A DNA stretch of 64,000 nucleotides from an uncultured Alphaproteobacteria bacterium. GTDB lineage: Bacteria > Pseudomonadota > Alphaproteobacteria > Rhizobiales > Beijerinckiaceae. The notes beneath the pieces were generated by a model. It was not told the DNA's origin and searched no databases. It saw only the letters and a list, made by a program, of their open reading frames with translations. Position numbers and translations under genes: made by a program. Shown here one piece after another: positions 1 to 7,987 of this stretch; position 1 is the stretch's first letter, and each line of letters begins with the position of its first letter. The stretch is taken from contig CAVSBJ010000018.1 in NCBI GenBank assembly GCA_963726105.1, forward strand, positions 2,419-66,418, given 5' to 3'.

Positions 1-277
1 GGCGGAGCATCCTCAGCTTCGCTCTCGCCCGATGAAACGCCACTCAAGCGCCAAGGCCAAGCAAGCCCTACGCTCGGCTGGCCGATGACGCGCAGCGCGT
101 CAGTGGGAGGTTGGACAAAGACCCGCCCTGGCTCGTTAGGGCTGCTTCCTTCCGGACCTGACCCGGTTGGCGAGCGGTACGTCCTTCGCCAACCTCCCAA
201 GGTCTATGTGGACCATGAGACGGCGAGGCGCAAGGGGCGGCCGGCCCGGGCGCCCCGGGCGCCTCGCCCACGCGCGT

Positions 278-1024
278 TCACGCCGCCCTTTCCTGCTCCT
301 CGACCATGGCTTTGGCGATTTCGGCGGTCCGGGCGTCCGCCGGGAACAGCATTTCCAGCGCCAGTTCGGAAAGGGTCACGTCGTTCGGCGTGCCGAAAAC
401 GGTGACGGTGCCAAGAAAGGACAGGATTCCAAGGCGGGCGGCGATGCGAAGCGGCGTCGCCAGCCGCTCCGCCGCGCCGAAGCTCTCCGCCGGTTCGCTT
501 TCCGGCGGGGCCGGATAGGCCGAGACCTCGGCAAACAGGCCCTGCAGAACCGCGTCGCCCCGTGCATCGATCTGCTGGCGCAGCACGCTCAACATATGGG
601 TGCGCCACGCGCCATAGTTCACGATCCTCGACGCCATGCCCGCGGGATGGAGGGTGAGGCGCACGGCGTTGACCGGCGGGCGCATGAGATCGGCCGAGCA
701 GCCCTCGTAAAGCTGGGGCAAGGCGGAGTTCGACATGACGATCTGCCAATGCCGGTCGACCGCGAAGGCGGGATAGGGCTTGTGCGCCTGAAGGATGGCG
801 TCGATGGCGGTTTTCGCCGCCGCCAGGGCCGCGATCGAGCGCTCCTGAAACGCCGGCGCAAAGCCCGCGGCCAGAAGGAGCGAGTTCTGGTCGCGCAGCG
901 GAATCTCGAGATAGTCGGCGAGACGGCCGATCATCTCGCGGCTCGGCTGCGCCTTGCCGGTCTCGAGACAGGAGAGATGCCGGGTCGAGCTCTCCGCCGC
1001 ATAGGCGAGGTCGGCCTGCGTCAT
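278..1024 (-). CDS. XRE-family HTH transcriptional regulator with a long MmyB-like C-terminal domain
   Basis: 248-aa ORF. TQADLAYAAESSTRHLSCLETGKAQPSREMIGRLADYL reads as an XRE helix-turn-helix. The ~180-aa C-terminal domain resembles MmyB-type regulators (recall, not searched). Divergent from the SnoaL-like and hydrolase genes. Confidence 0.8.
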   Translation of the reverse strand: MTQADLAYAAESSTRHLSCLETGKAQPSREMIGRLADYLEIPLRDQNSLLLAAGFAPAFQERSIAALAAAKTAIDAILQAHKPYPAFAVDRHWQIVMSNSALPQLYEGCSADLMRPPVNAVRLTLHPAGMASRIVNYGAWRTHMLSVLRQQIDARGDAVLQGLFAEVSAYPAPPESEPAESFGAAERLATPLRIAARLGILSFLGTVTVFGTPNDVTLSELALEMLFPADARTAEIAKAMVEEQERAA

Positions 1025-1262
1025 GCGGCGCCGCTCGCGCCAGGGCGCAAGAGAACGCCGAACGGAAGCTGATGGGCGGTCATGCGCTCGAGCTTAGCCC
1101 CGGCCGGCGCGCAAGGCCATGACCTCCAAGGTCAAGCGCAGAGCGCCCGCGCGGTCGCTTTTTGACCTGCCAGGTCATGGATTGCGGACCCGAGCGGCGC
1201 GATCCTGCGACCAACGAGAGGGCTCGCAGGCCCTCGATCTCGAACCCAGACTGGAGTGAACA

Positions 1263-1619
1263 ATGCTCGACGCTCAGGCGCTCGCCGATCTTTATGTCGC
1301 CGCGTGGAACGAGCCGGACGCCGCCAGGCGCTCCTCCGCCATCGCCGCGCTCTGGGCCCCCGACGCCATGGGCCGCGCGAGAGCGAGGGGATACGCCGCG
1401 CTGACCAAGCTCACCGTCTCGGCGCCCGGAACGAGCGCGCGACGCGAGGGCGTTCGCTATCGCGCCGCCCCGACCGCCCGTCTCCGCGGCGACGTCGTGA
1501 CCTTCCGCTGGGAGATGTTGCTCGCCGACAGCGAGACCGTGCTCGCGGGCGGGCTCGAGTTCCTAATCGTCGACGACAACGGGCGCATCCTGGCCGACCA
1601 TCCGTTCGCGCCCGCCTGA
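1263..1619 (+). CDS. SnoaL-like / NTF2-fold family protein
   Basis: 118-aa ORF with GGAG about 7 nt upstream of the ATG. The N-terminal LADLYVAAWNEPD pattern is typical of SnoaL-like folds. Family assignment is by recall only. Confidence 0.6.
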   Translation: MLDAQALADLYVAAWNEPDAARRSSAIAALWAPDAMGRARARGYAALTKLTVSAPGTSARREGVRYRAAPTARLRGDVVTFRWEMLLADSETVLAGGLEFLIVDDNGRILADHPFAPA

Positions 1620-1664
1620 ACGCCGCGCTCCTTCCCGCCAGCCTTCCCATCGAGGAGAAACCCC

Positions 1665-2492
1665 ATGCCCTTCATCACGACGAACGACGGCGCCGAGCTC
1701 TATTGGTGCGAATGGGGAGCGGGCGCGCCGATCCTGTTCCTGAGCAGCCTCGGCTGCACCAGCCGGATGTGGGACTACCAGATCGCCGCCTTCGCCGACC
1801 AAGGCTTCCGCTGCATCGCCTTCGACCGCCGCGGCCACGGCCGCTCCGATCAACCGGCCGGCGGCTACGCCTTCGACACCTTCGCCGACGATGTCGCCAG
1901 GCTCGTCGACGACCTTGATCTCACGGGCCTCACCCTCATCGCCCATTCGATGGCGGGCGGCGAGGCGGTGCGCTATCTCACCCGGCACGGAAGCCAGCGC
2001 GTCGCGCGCCTCGTCCTCCTCGCGCCGACGACGCCGATGCTGCTCAAGAGCCACGACAACCCCAATGGCTTGCCCATGGAAGCCTTCGAGGCGCTGTGGG
2101 CAGGGTGGCGATGCGACTATCCGAAATGGGTCGACGACAACGTCGCGCCGTTCTTCATTCCGGAGACCTCGCCCGCGATGATGCGCTGGGGCGCGACCTT
2201 GTTGCAGACCTCGCTCCCCGTCACGCTGGCCTGCTCCCGCGCGATGGTGGAGGCCGACTTCCGCGCCGAGATGAGGGCCATCGACGTTCCGACCCTCATC
2301 GTCCACGGCGACCGCGACCGCTCGATGCCGGTCGAGCTGACGGGAAAGCCCTCGGCCGAGCTCATTCCCGGCTCGAGGCTCCTCGTCTATCCAGGCGCGC
2401 CGCACGGCCTCATGTTCACCCACATGAAAGAACTCCACGCTGACCTTGTGGGTTTCATGCGCGAGCGCGAAGTTCGCTCGGCCGCCGCTTAA
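1665..2492 (+). CDS. alpha/beta hydrolase (non-haem haloperoxidase/arylesterase-like subgroup)
   Basis: 275-aa ORF with a GAGGAG RBS. Nucleophile elbow AHSMAGGE and FDRRGHGRSD are present, plus a C-terminal GAPHG. Confidence 0.9.
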   Translation: MPFITTNDGAELYWCEWGAGAPILFLSSLGCTSRMWDYQIAAFADQGFRCIAFDRRGHGRSDQPAGGYAFDTFADDVARLVDDLDLTGLTLIAHSMAGGEAVRYLTRHGSQRVARLVLLAPTTPMLLKSHDNPNGLPMEAFEALWAGWRCDYPKWVDDNVAPFFIPETSPAMMRWGATLLQTSLPVTLACSRAMVEADFRAEMRAIDVPTLIVHGDRDRSMPVELTGKPSAELIPGSRLLVYPGAPHGLMFTHMKELHADLVGFMREREVRSAAA

Positions 2493-2557
2493 GCCCGATA
2501 AACGCCAATAGCCGTCAATAAACCGCGCTTAAACGCTAGTAAAAATGCTAGCGTTTA

Positions 2558-2578
2558 CTAGGCCGTGTGGACGAATTT
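2558..2578. repeat. IS left terminal inverted repeat
   Basis: CTAGGCCGTGTGGACGAATTT matches the reverse complement of 3425-3445 at 20 of 21 positions. Confidence 0.85.
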
Positions 2579-2663
2579 TCGACAGATGATGTTTTTGGGA
2601 TTCCCGCGGTGAAATCAGGCGTGATTTCATAGCGAACTCCGACCGAATCAGGGGCCGGGGTCC

Positions 2664-3445
2664 ATGTCGACAAAGATGGATGAGAACGATTGGGCGCACA
2701 CGCTTGCGGTGTTCCGGGCCTGCCTGCCTCGGCGTGGACGGAGGGCCGAGGACGATCGCCGCTTCCTCGAGGCGCTTCATTTTTTCACCGTCGAGAACGT
2801 TCGCTGGCGCGCGCTGCCGGAGCGCTTCGGTCATTGGAACAGCGTGTGGAAGCGCTTCGATCGCTTGAGCAAGGCTGGCGTCTTCGAGGCCTTCTTCGAC
2901 ACGCTCGCGTCCATGAGTTCCACGGCGCATCTCCTTCAGATGTTCGACTCGACCACCGTGCGCGCTCATGTCTCGGCGGCCGGAGCAAAGGGGGGCAAGA
3001 AGGCCAGGCGCTCGGGCGCTCGCGTGGCGGCTTCACCACGAAAATCCACGCAAAATCGGACGCCTCCGGCGACATCATCGCCTTCGACCTGACCGGCGGC
3101 GAAGCCCCCGACGGGCGTCACTTCGAAACCCTGCTCGATATCGGGCCCGACATTCAGCCGCGCGCCGTCATCTGCGACAAAGGCTACGCCAGCAAGGCCA
3201 ACCGGGACGCCGCGAGAGCGCGCGGCGTCGCTCCGGTCATCCCGCACAAGGCGAACGAAAAGAACAAGCCGGCCTTCTTCGCACGAACGCTCTACAAAGC
3301 CCGCGCCCGCATCGAGCAGGGCGTCGGACGGCTCAAGCGCTTCAAGCGGGTCGCGCTACGCTGCGAAAAGACCGCCCAAAACTTCAGATCGATCGTCAGC
3401 TTCGCCGCCGGCCTTTGCTTGATCAAATTCGTCCACACGACCTAG
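2664..3445 (+). CDS. IS5/IS427-type DDE transposase OrfAB, requiring a -1 frameshift at 2987-2993
   Basis: The orfA frame runs 2664-3092 (..FDSTTVRAHVSAAGAKGG). The -1 frame continues to 3445 (GQEGQALGRSRGGFTTKIHAKSD..ICDKGYASKANR..YKARARIEQGVGRLKRFKRVALRCEKT). The slippery heptamer A_AAG_GGG sits in the orfA frame. Confidence 0.8.
3425..3445. repeat. IS right terminal inverted repeat
   Basis: AAATTCGTCCACACGACCTAG. The transposase stop codon TAG (3443-3445) lies inside it. Confidence 0.85.
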
Positions 3446-3768
3446 CGTTTATTTTTTCGAATCGGGCCTTTTCAATGGCTTACAGCCGATTGGAATACGG
3501 ATTCTCGTCCCGTCCGGTTTTTGGCGCAGGGCATCAAGGCCCGTCCTATCAGACTCGTCTCGTCGGCGCGCAGCTGATCCGGCGAATAGAAAATGCCTAA
3601 CACAGATTTCGGCTTTTGGCAAGGATTTGCGCCCTTTGCTGACGGCCCGGCGATGACGACCCCTCTCCTTCCACGCCCCGCGCTCGTCACGGCCGACGAT
3701 TTCCCGTTGCGTCCAGGCTCCGAGGATTCCATCTGGAGCCCGTCAGCCTTAAACCAGCGAGCGCTCCT

Positions 3769-4188
3769 ATGGCCACTGAACCCAGGCGGTACACCGGCGG
3801 CTGCCTTTGCGGGGCTTTGCGCTATGAGGCGGTCGGCGAGTCGATCGGCTCGGGGCACTGCTATTGCGTCGATTGCCGCCGCGCGTCGGGCTCGGGCTTC
3901 ATCCCCTTCATGGGCTTCAAGGCCGCGGCCGTGCGCTTCACCGGCGAAGCCCGCCAGTTTCATTCGAAAGCGGCCAATGGCGGCGATGCGGTCCGCAATC
4001 GCTGCGCCCGGTGCATGAGTCTGGTGTTCGGCGGCGAGATCGGCCAGTCCAATTCGTACACGCTCTACGCCGGCTCCCTCGACGATCCCTCGGCCTTCCA
4101 TCCGACGTTCGCGATTTTTGCGGGAGGGCGACCGCCCTGGGCGCTCATCCCGCCCGGCTTCAAGGTCTTCGACCGCATGCCGGGCTAG
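3769..4188 (+). CDS. GFA (glutathione-dependent formaldehyde-activating enzyme-like / CENP-V) family protein
   Basis: 139-aa ORF. GGCLCGALRYE, HCYCVDCRRASG and RCARC match the GFA zinc-cysteine pattern. Confidence 0.85.
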   Translation: MATEPRRYTGGCLCGALRYEAVGESIGSGHCYCVDCRRASGSGFIPFMGFKAAAVRFTGEARQFHSKAANGGDAVRNRCARCMSLVFGGEIGQSNSYTLYAGSLDDPSAFHPTFAIFAGGRPPWALIPPGFKVFDRMPG

Positions 4189-4264
4189 GGCTCGGGATCC
4201 AGCTCCGATGATTGGGTTTCGTTATCTTTGCCGACCCCGGTAGCGCCGACTTCAACGCCTCGGC

Positions 4265-5296
4265 CTAAACCTTCAGGCTGTTGCGCGATCGGCAAACGGC
4301 GTGCAAGCCGAGGCCCGCGAAGCCGGCCAGCATCATCGCCCAGGTCGAGAGCTCAGGAGCGGCCAGCGCGTCGACGGCGAATTCGGCGGCCAGGAGGTGG
4401 CCCGCAGCGGTCGGGTGAATCTCATCCCAGAAAAGAAACTGGTTCTGGTCGGACGGTATCGTTGAGCAAAGCCTGCCCGAGGAAGGATCGATGAAATTGC
4501 CGGTCCAGCACGGATCGCTCACATTGGCGAAGCCAAATCCGGATGGATCGGCCTTGATCTCTCCAAGCAAATCGTAAGTGTCGAGCGTAAAGACCTTCAG
4601 TCCATGGCCCTCGAGCGACGCGAGACCGTTAAGCACAGAGACGTTGAACAACTCCGCGAGGCCGCTGGCGAGGCTCTGAAGCGCCGTGCCGTCGAACCGC
4701 GGGGTCAGCCCCAGGTTCGGCACTTCGTAGAAGAGCAGCGAGCGCGCCCCGAGCCCAAACAAGGTCCCGACCGAGTCGATCGTATTGGTCTCGGCCTGGG
4801 AGACAATTGTCTTGACTTCGGGCAGCGAGATTGTCCCCCCGACAAATGCCGCCAACGCATTCATGATGTCGTTGGCGCCAATGTCGAGCGTATAGAGCGC
4901 GTCTTTAACGGGAACGGGGTTCAGAAGATCGTAGGCGTTGATCTGGTCGGGAAAATCGATGTGGATCGGGCTCGAAGGGTTTGGCGGATTGATGTCGGTG
5001 GTCCCGGTCTGCGCGCCCCCAAAAGCATAATTGGTCCCGTCGTTGGACGTGAGAAATGGCTTCATCGGGCCAAGGCCCAGCATTTGCGACAGGTCTTCCA
5101 CCCAGGTCGGGCCGTTGCTGAAATGGCCCTCGACATAGGGCGCAAGCGGAATCTTGCCTCCAGATTCCGCGAAAATGTTTCCTGCATCCGAAAGGCTGTC
5201 GCCGAAGGCGAAAATGCTCGTGTAGGCGGCGGCCGCGGGCGTGCATGCGACCCCCAGAGAGACCGCGAAAGCCGCCAGCCGCACCCGCTTGTTCAT
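4265..5296 (-). CDS. SGNH/GDSL hydrolase with signal peptide and C-terminal PEP-CTERM sorting signal
   Basis: FAFGDSLSDAGN (GDSL block I) and WDEIHPT (block V). The C-terminal PELSTWAMMLAGFAGLGL..CRSR reads as PEP-CTERM. GGAGGGGA lies 6-7 nt upstream of ATG 5296; the ORF could extend to 5317. Confidence 0.85.
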   Translation of the reverse strand: MNKRVRLAAFAVSLGVACTPAAAAYTSIFAFGDSLSDAGNIFAESGGKIPLAPYVEGHFSNGPTWVEDLSQMLGLGPMKPFLTSNDGTNYAFGGAQTGTTDINPPNPSSPIHIDFPDQINAYDLLNPVPVKDALYTLDIGANDIMNALAAFVGGTISLPEVKTIVSQAETNTIDSVGTLFGLGARSLLFYEVPNLGLTPRFDGTALQSLASGLAELFNVSVLNGLASLEGHGLKVFTLDTYDLLGEIKADPSGFGFANVSDPCWTGNFIDPSSGRLCSTIPSDQNQFLFWDEIHPTAAGHLLAAEFAVDALAAPELSTWAMMLAGFAGLGLHAVCRSRNSLKV

Positions 5297-5497
5297 CGCT
5301 CGTCCCCTCCGATGCAAGAGAGGGCTATCTCACCCGCTCGGGACGGACAAGAGGCTGGTCAGGCCTGGAGCCTGACGACGCCCTCGCAAGTCCAACCGTT
5401 TCGACGCCTCGCGGAGGGACGGACGCGGGAAGCCGGATGCGCCGCGTCTTTATGCGCCGGCGCCGACCGGCGGGGCCTGCTTTCGCCAACGCGAAAT

Positions 5498-5528
5498 GTC
5501 CCGCGCAGGGAGGGTTCCTGCGCGGGAC
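5498..5528 (-). terminator. perfect 12-bp-stem hairpin (candidate terminator or REP-like element)
   Basis: GTCCCGCGCAGG-GAGGGTT-CCTGCGCGGGAC. It lies ~155 nt downstream of the minus-strand gene ending at 5683, and only a weak ATTT follows on the minus strand. Confidence 0.35.
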
Positions 5529-5682
5529 GACGCACGCCGCAGGGTGGGGAGACTGGCGCGCGCCGCGAACAAACCTTTCGCTCCGCGTGTTGTTCCTTGG
5601 CTCGGGCCAAGAACGTTCGGGCCGCGCCCATTTGTGGTCCCCGAGCCAGGCAGGCGTGTTTAGTCCCGGCTCTGCGGCTCGT

Positions 5683-5943
5683 TCAGGGCGTAGCGTGAAC
5701 CTCGGACTCGGCGCTCGCCACGACAGCGCCGCCGTTTGCGCAAGCCCCCTCGGGGGAGGTCGCGTTCCCGCTGCGCGCGGTTTTGATCACCGTCGTCAGC
5801 TGTCGCCTTAGAACCGGACCGTGGATTTGACGGCCATCATAGCCTTGGCGCTCGAGCGTTCGAATGAGGTCCGAGAGTTTGGCCACGCTCCCGGATCCGG
5901 CCATCTGAAACGCCCGCTCCAGGGCGGTCATTCTTTGCTCCAT
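5683..5943 (-). CDS. small conserved hypothetical protein
   Basis: GAAGGAG lies 6 nt upstream of ATG 5943 (MEQRMTALERAFQMAGSG..LERQGYDGRQIHGPVLRRQL). I recall similar small proteins in Rhizobiales. The ORF could start at 5973. Confidence 0.55.
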   Translation of the reverse strand: MEQRMTALERAFQMAGSGSVAKLSDLIRTLERQGYDGRQIHGPVLRRQLTTVIKTARSGNATSPEGACANGGAVVASAESEVHATP

Positions 5944-6086
5944 GGGTCGCTCCTTCAAACACAACGATCGCAAAACCAGGCGCGCATAGGCCGGGCGATC
6001 GCCTCACCATGAAAGTCCTCCAATCGCCCGGCCCGGACTGCCGTCTCGGCGCGGATCGGAGCGGAATGCGCCCCGATGTGTTGGCC

Positions 6087-6359
6087 TCACAGCGCTCCGC
6101 ATTGAGCCGCGCGAACGAGCGCCGCTGGCCACTGGCCTTGACCGGAAGCGATCTCCCTCAGCATGCGGTCGCGCAGAAGCGGGGCGGCGCGCTGGCCTTG
6201 ATGAGCGAGGGCGATAATCTTTTTCGCGAGAAGCTCTTTTTCGCTTTTCGTTTCGTCGGCCAGGTTGAGAATCTTGCAGACTTCGTCCAGCGCCATTGAC
6301 ATCGCCTGGATGTCCTGCGGCCCGAACACACTGTCTGTCAGAAAAGGAGCGATGGTCAT
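6087..6359 (-). CDS. small conserved hypothetical protein
   Basis: 90-aa ORF (..FGPQDIQAMSMALDEVCKIL..LAKKIIALAHQGQR). It resembles a small-protein family common in Bradyrhizobium- and Methylobacterium-type genomes (recall only). Confidence 0.6.
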   Translation of the reverse strand: MTIAPFLTDSVFGPQDIQAMSMALDEVCKILNLADETKSEKELLAKKIIALAHQGQRAAPLLRDRMLREIASGQGQWPAALVRAAQCGAL

Positions 6360-6447
6360 CGACGGTTACTCCCATCCCCGGCGAGGCTATTTTTGCGCCT
6401 TCGCGATTTGTTGGCGAGCGTAAACTCGGTCCGAATCCGTACAGAAC

Positions 6448-6459
6448 TCGCAATTGCGA
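6448..6459. promoter_or_regulatory. perfect 12-bp palindrome TCGCAATTGCGA in a divergent intergenic region
   Basis: It lies between the divergent starts at 6359 (-) and 6565 (+). A TATATA hexamer is at 6471-6476. Confidence 0.3.
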
Positions 6460-6564
6460 TGTTGTGAGCGTATATAAGGGCCATCATCGACTGAGGCTTT
6501 AAGCCCGCAGGCGTCGATGGCTGAGAGAGGCTTTGCGCTCCCGCCTGAAAGGTGAGGAAACGCG

Positions 6565-7257
6565 ATGCCCCGCAACGGCAACACATTGCTCGCATCCCTT
6601 GCGAACGACGATTTGGATTTGCTGGAGCCGCATCTCGAACCCGTAACGCTTGGTCTACGAAAGTATCTCGAGAGACCCAACAGGCAAATCGAGGCGGTTT
6701 ATTTTCCTGAAGCGGGATTCGCCTCCGTTGTCGCCGTTCAATCGAGCGGCAAGGAGATCGAGGTCGGACTGATCGGCCGCGAGGGCATGACTGGGCTGCC
6801 GATTGTGTTCGGCGATCACCGCTCGCCCCATGCGACCTACATTCAGGCGCCCGGAACAGGCAAGTCCATGCCCGCAACCAACCTGCGCGAGGCGTTCCAA
6901 GCCAGCCCCTCGCTTCGCGACTCGTTGTTGAAATTCGTGCAGGCGTTCGGGGTGCAAACATCGCACACCGCGATCTGCAACGCGCACTTCAAATTGGATG
7001 TGCGCCTGGCGCGCTGGCTCTTGATGGCGCACGACCGGATTGGCGAGGATGCGCTGCCGTTGACCCATGAGTTTCTGTCGCTCATGCTGGGTGTCCGCCG
7101 GCCCGGCGTGACGGAAGCTCTGCATACTCTCCGAGAGCAAGGATTGATCTCCTACGGGCGTGGACTCATCACCGTGGAGGATCGCAAGGGCATGGAGCGC
7201 AAGGCGGGCGCGGCCTATGGCGTCCCCGAGGCCGAATATCGCCGATTGATTGGATGA
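6565..7257 (+). CDS. Crp/Fnr family transcriptional regulator
   Basis: 230-aa ORF with an N-terminal cNMP-binding-like beta-roll and a C-terminal HTH (LTHEFLSLMLGVRRPGVTEALHTLREQGLI). GAGGA RBS. Confidence 0.9.
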   Translation: MPRNGNTLLASLANDDLDLLEPHLEPVTLGLRKYLERPNRQIEAVYFPEAGFASVVAVQSSGKEIEVGLIGREGMTGLPIVFGDHRSPHATYIQAPGTGKSMPATNLREAFQASPSLRDSLLKFVQAFGVQTSHTAICNAHFKLDVRLARWLLMAHDRIGEDALPLTHEFLSLMLGVRRPGVTEALHTLREQGLISYGRGLITVEDRKGMERKAGAAYGVPEAEYRRLIG

Positions 7258-7270
7258 AGCGCGCCGTCAT

Positions 7271-7987
7271 TCACGGCGTCTTTTCACGCCGAGACGTGGA
7301 AAGCCTGCCAGGAGCGCCGACGGCGCCAGGCGTCACGTCGAACACGCCGCGGGCGGTCGCGATCAAAGCCCGCTCGCCATCGCCTGGAGTCGCCAGCGAG
7401 CCGCCGACAAACTCGCCAAACGCAGGCAGCACGATCTGTCGTTTCCCCACCACGAAACAGGGCGTGCGCAGCGAATCCCGTCCAGGCCCGTTCAGGCGGA
7501 CGACCGGATGGAGGTGGCCCGCGAGAGCGAGAGGGCCGGAGACGTTGTCGCGCGCAAGGGGGTGATGCCGGCACTCGATGTCCGCAAGCAGAACCGGCGC
7601 GTCCGCGCATGCGAAGCCGCAATCCGCATAGAAACGCTCGGCCCCGCGATCGTGATTGCCGAGCACGATCGTGAACGCGAGAGACGACCAGCGCGTCCGC
7701 CAGTCGCAGAGCGACTTGAGAAGGCCCGGCGTCATCGCCGCGCGCGCATGGGTGAAATCGCCCAGCGCCACGACATGCTGAGGCCCGATCGCGTCGATCA
7801 GTCCGGCGAGACGCCTGAGCGTCTCCTCGCTGACGCCGGTCGGAGCCGGTGCGCCGAATGCGCGGAAGGCCGCCGCCTTGCCGAGATGGAGGTCCGCGAC
7901 AAACAGGGTCCTCGCGCCTGGCGCCCAAACGGCGCGCTCGGGCAAAAGTTTCAGGATTCCGGCGCGCACGGCCTCAAGCGCGTTCAA
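7271..7987 (-). CDS. pdeM: ligase-associated DNA damage response endonuclease PdeM (metallophosphoesterase)
   Basis: This is the last ~238 codons of the tracked ORF 7271..8668. Motifs LFVADLHLGK, ALGDFTH, VLGNHD and GHLHP are present. Candidate start TTG 7987 overlaps the lhr stop as TTGA; GTG 7969 is an alternative. Confidence 0.8.
   Translation of the reverse strand: MNALEAVRAGILKLLPERAVWAPGARTLFVADLHLGKAAAFRAFGAPAPTGVSEETLRRLAGLIDAIGPQHVVALGDFTHARAAMTPGLLKSLCDWRTRWSSLAFTIVLGNHDRGAERFYADCGFACADAPVLLADIECRHHPLARDNVSGPLALAGHLHPVVRLNGPGRDSLRTPCFVVGKRQIVLPAFGEFVGGSLATPGDGERALIATARGVFDVTPGAVGAPGRLSTSRREKTP

Larger units (their letters stand above)
2558..3445 (+). mobile_element. IS5-family (IS427-group-like) insertion sequence, ~0.89 kb, apparently intact
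   Basis: 21-bp terminal inverted repeats with one mismatch (CTAGGCCGTGTGGACGAATTT at 2558-2578; reverse complement of 3425-3445 is CTAGGTCGTGTGGACGAATTT). They enclose a two-frame DDE transposase. GC is lower than the flanks by eye. Confidence 0.85.

Noticed and set aside
1-277. Possible gene end at the left edge (frames ending near 112-114)
   Set aside because: It is too short, with no motif. The overlapping tracked ORFs (68..271 and 85..405) are Arg/Pro/Gly-rich artefact-like.
3472-4101. 209-aa minus-strand ORF overlapping the GFA gene and the IS-proximal gap
   Set aside because: No motifs and no RBS, whereas the plus-strand GFA frame has the full Cys pattern.
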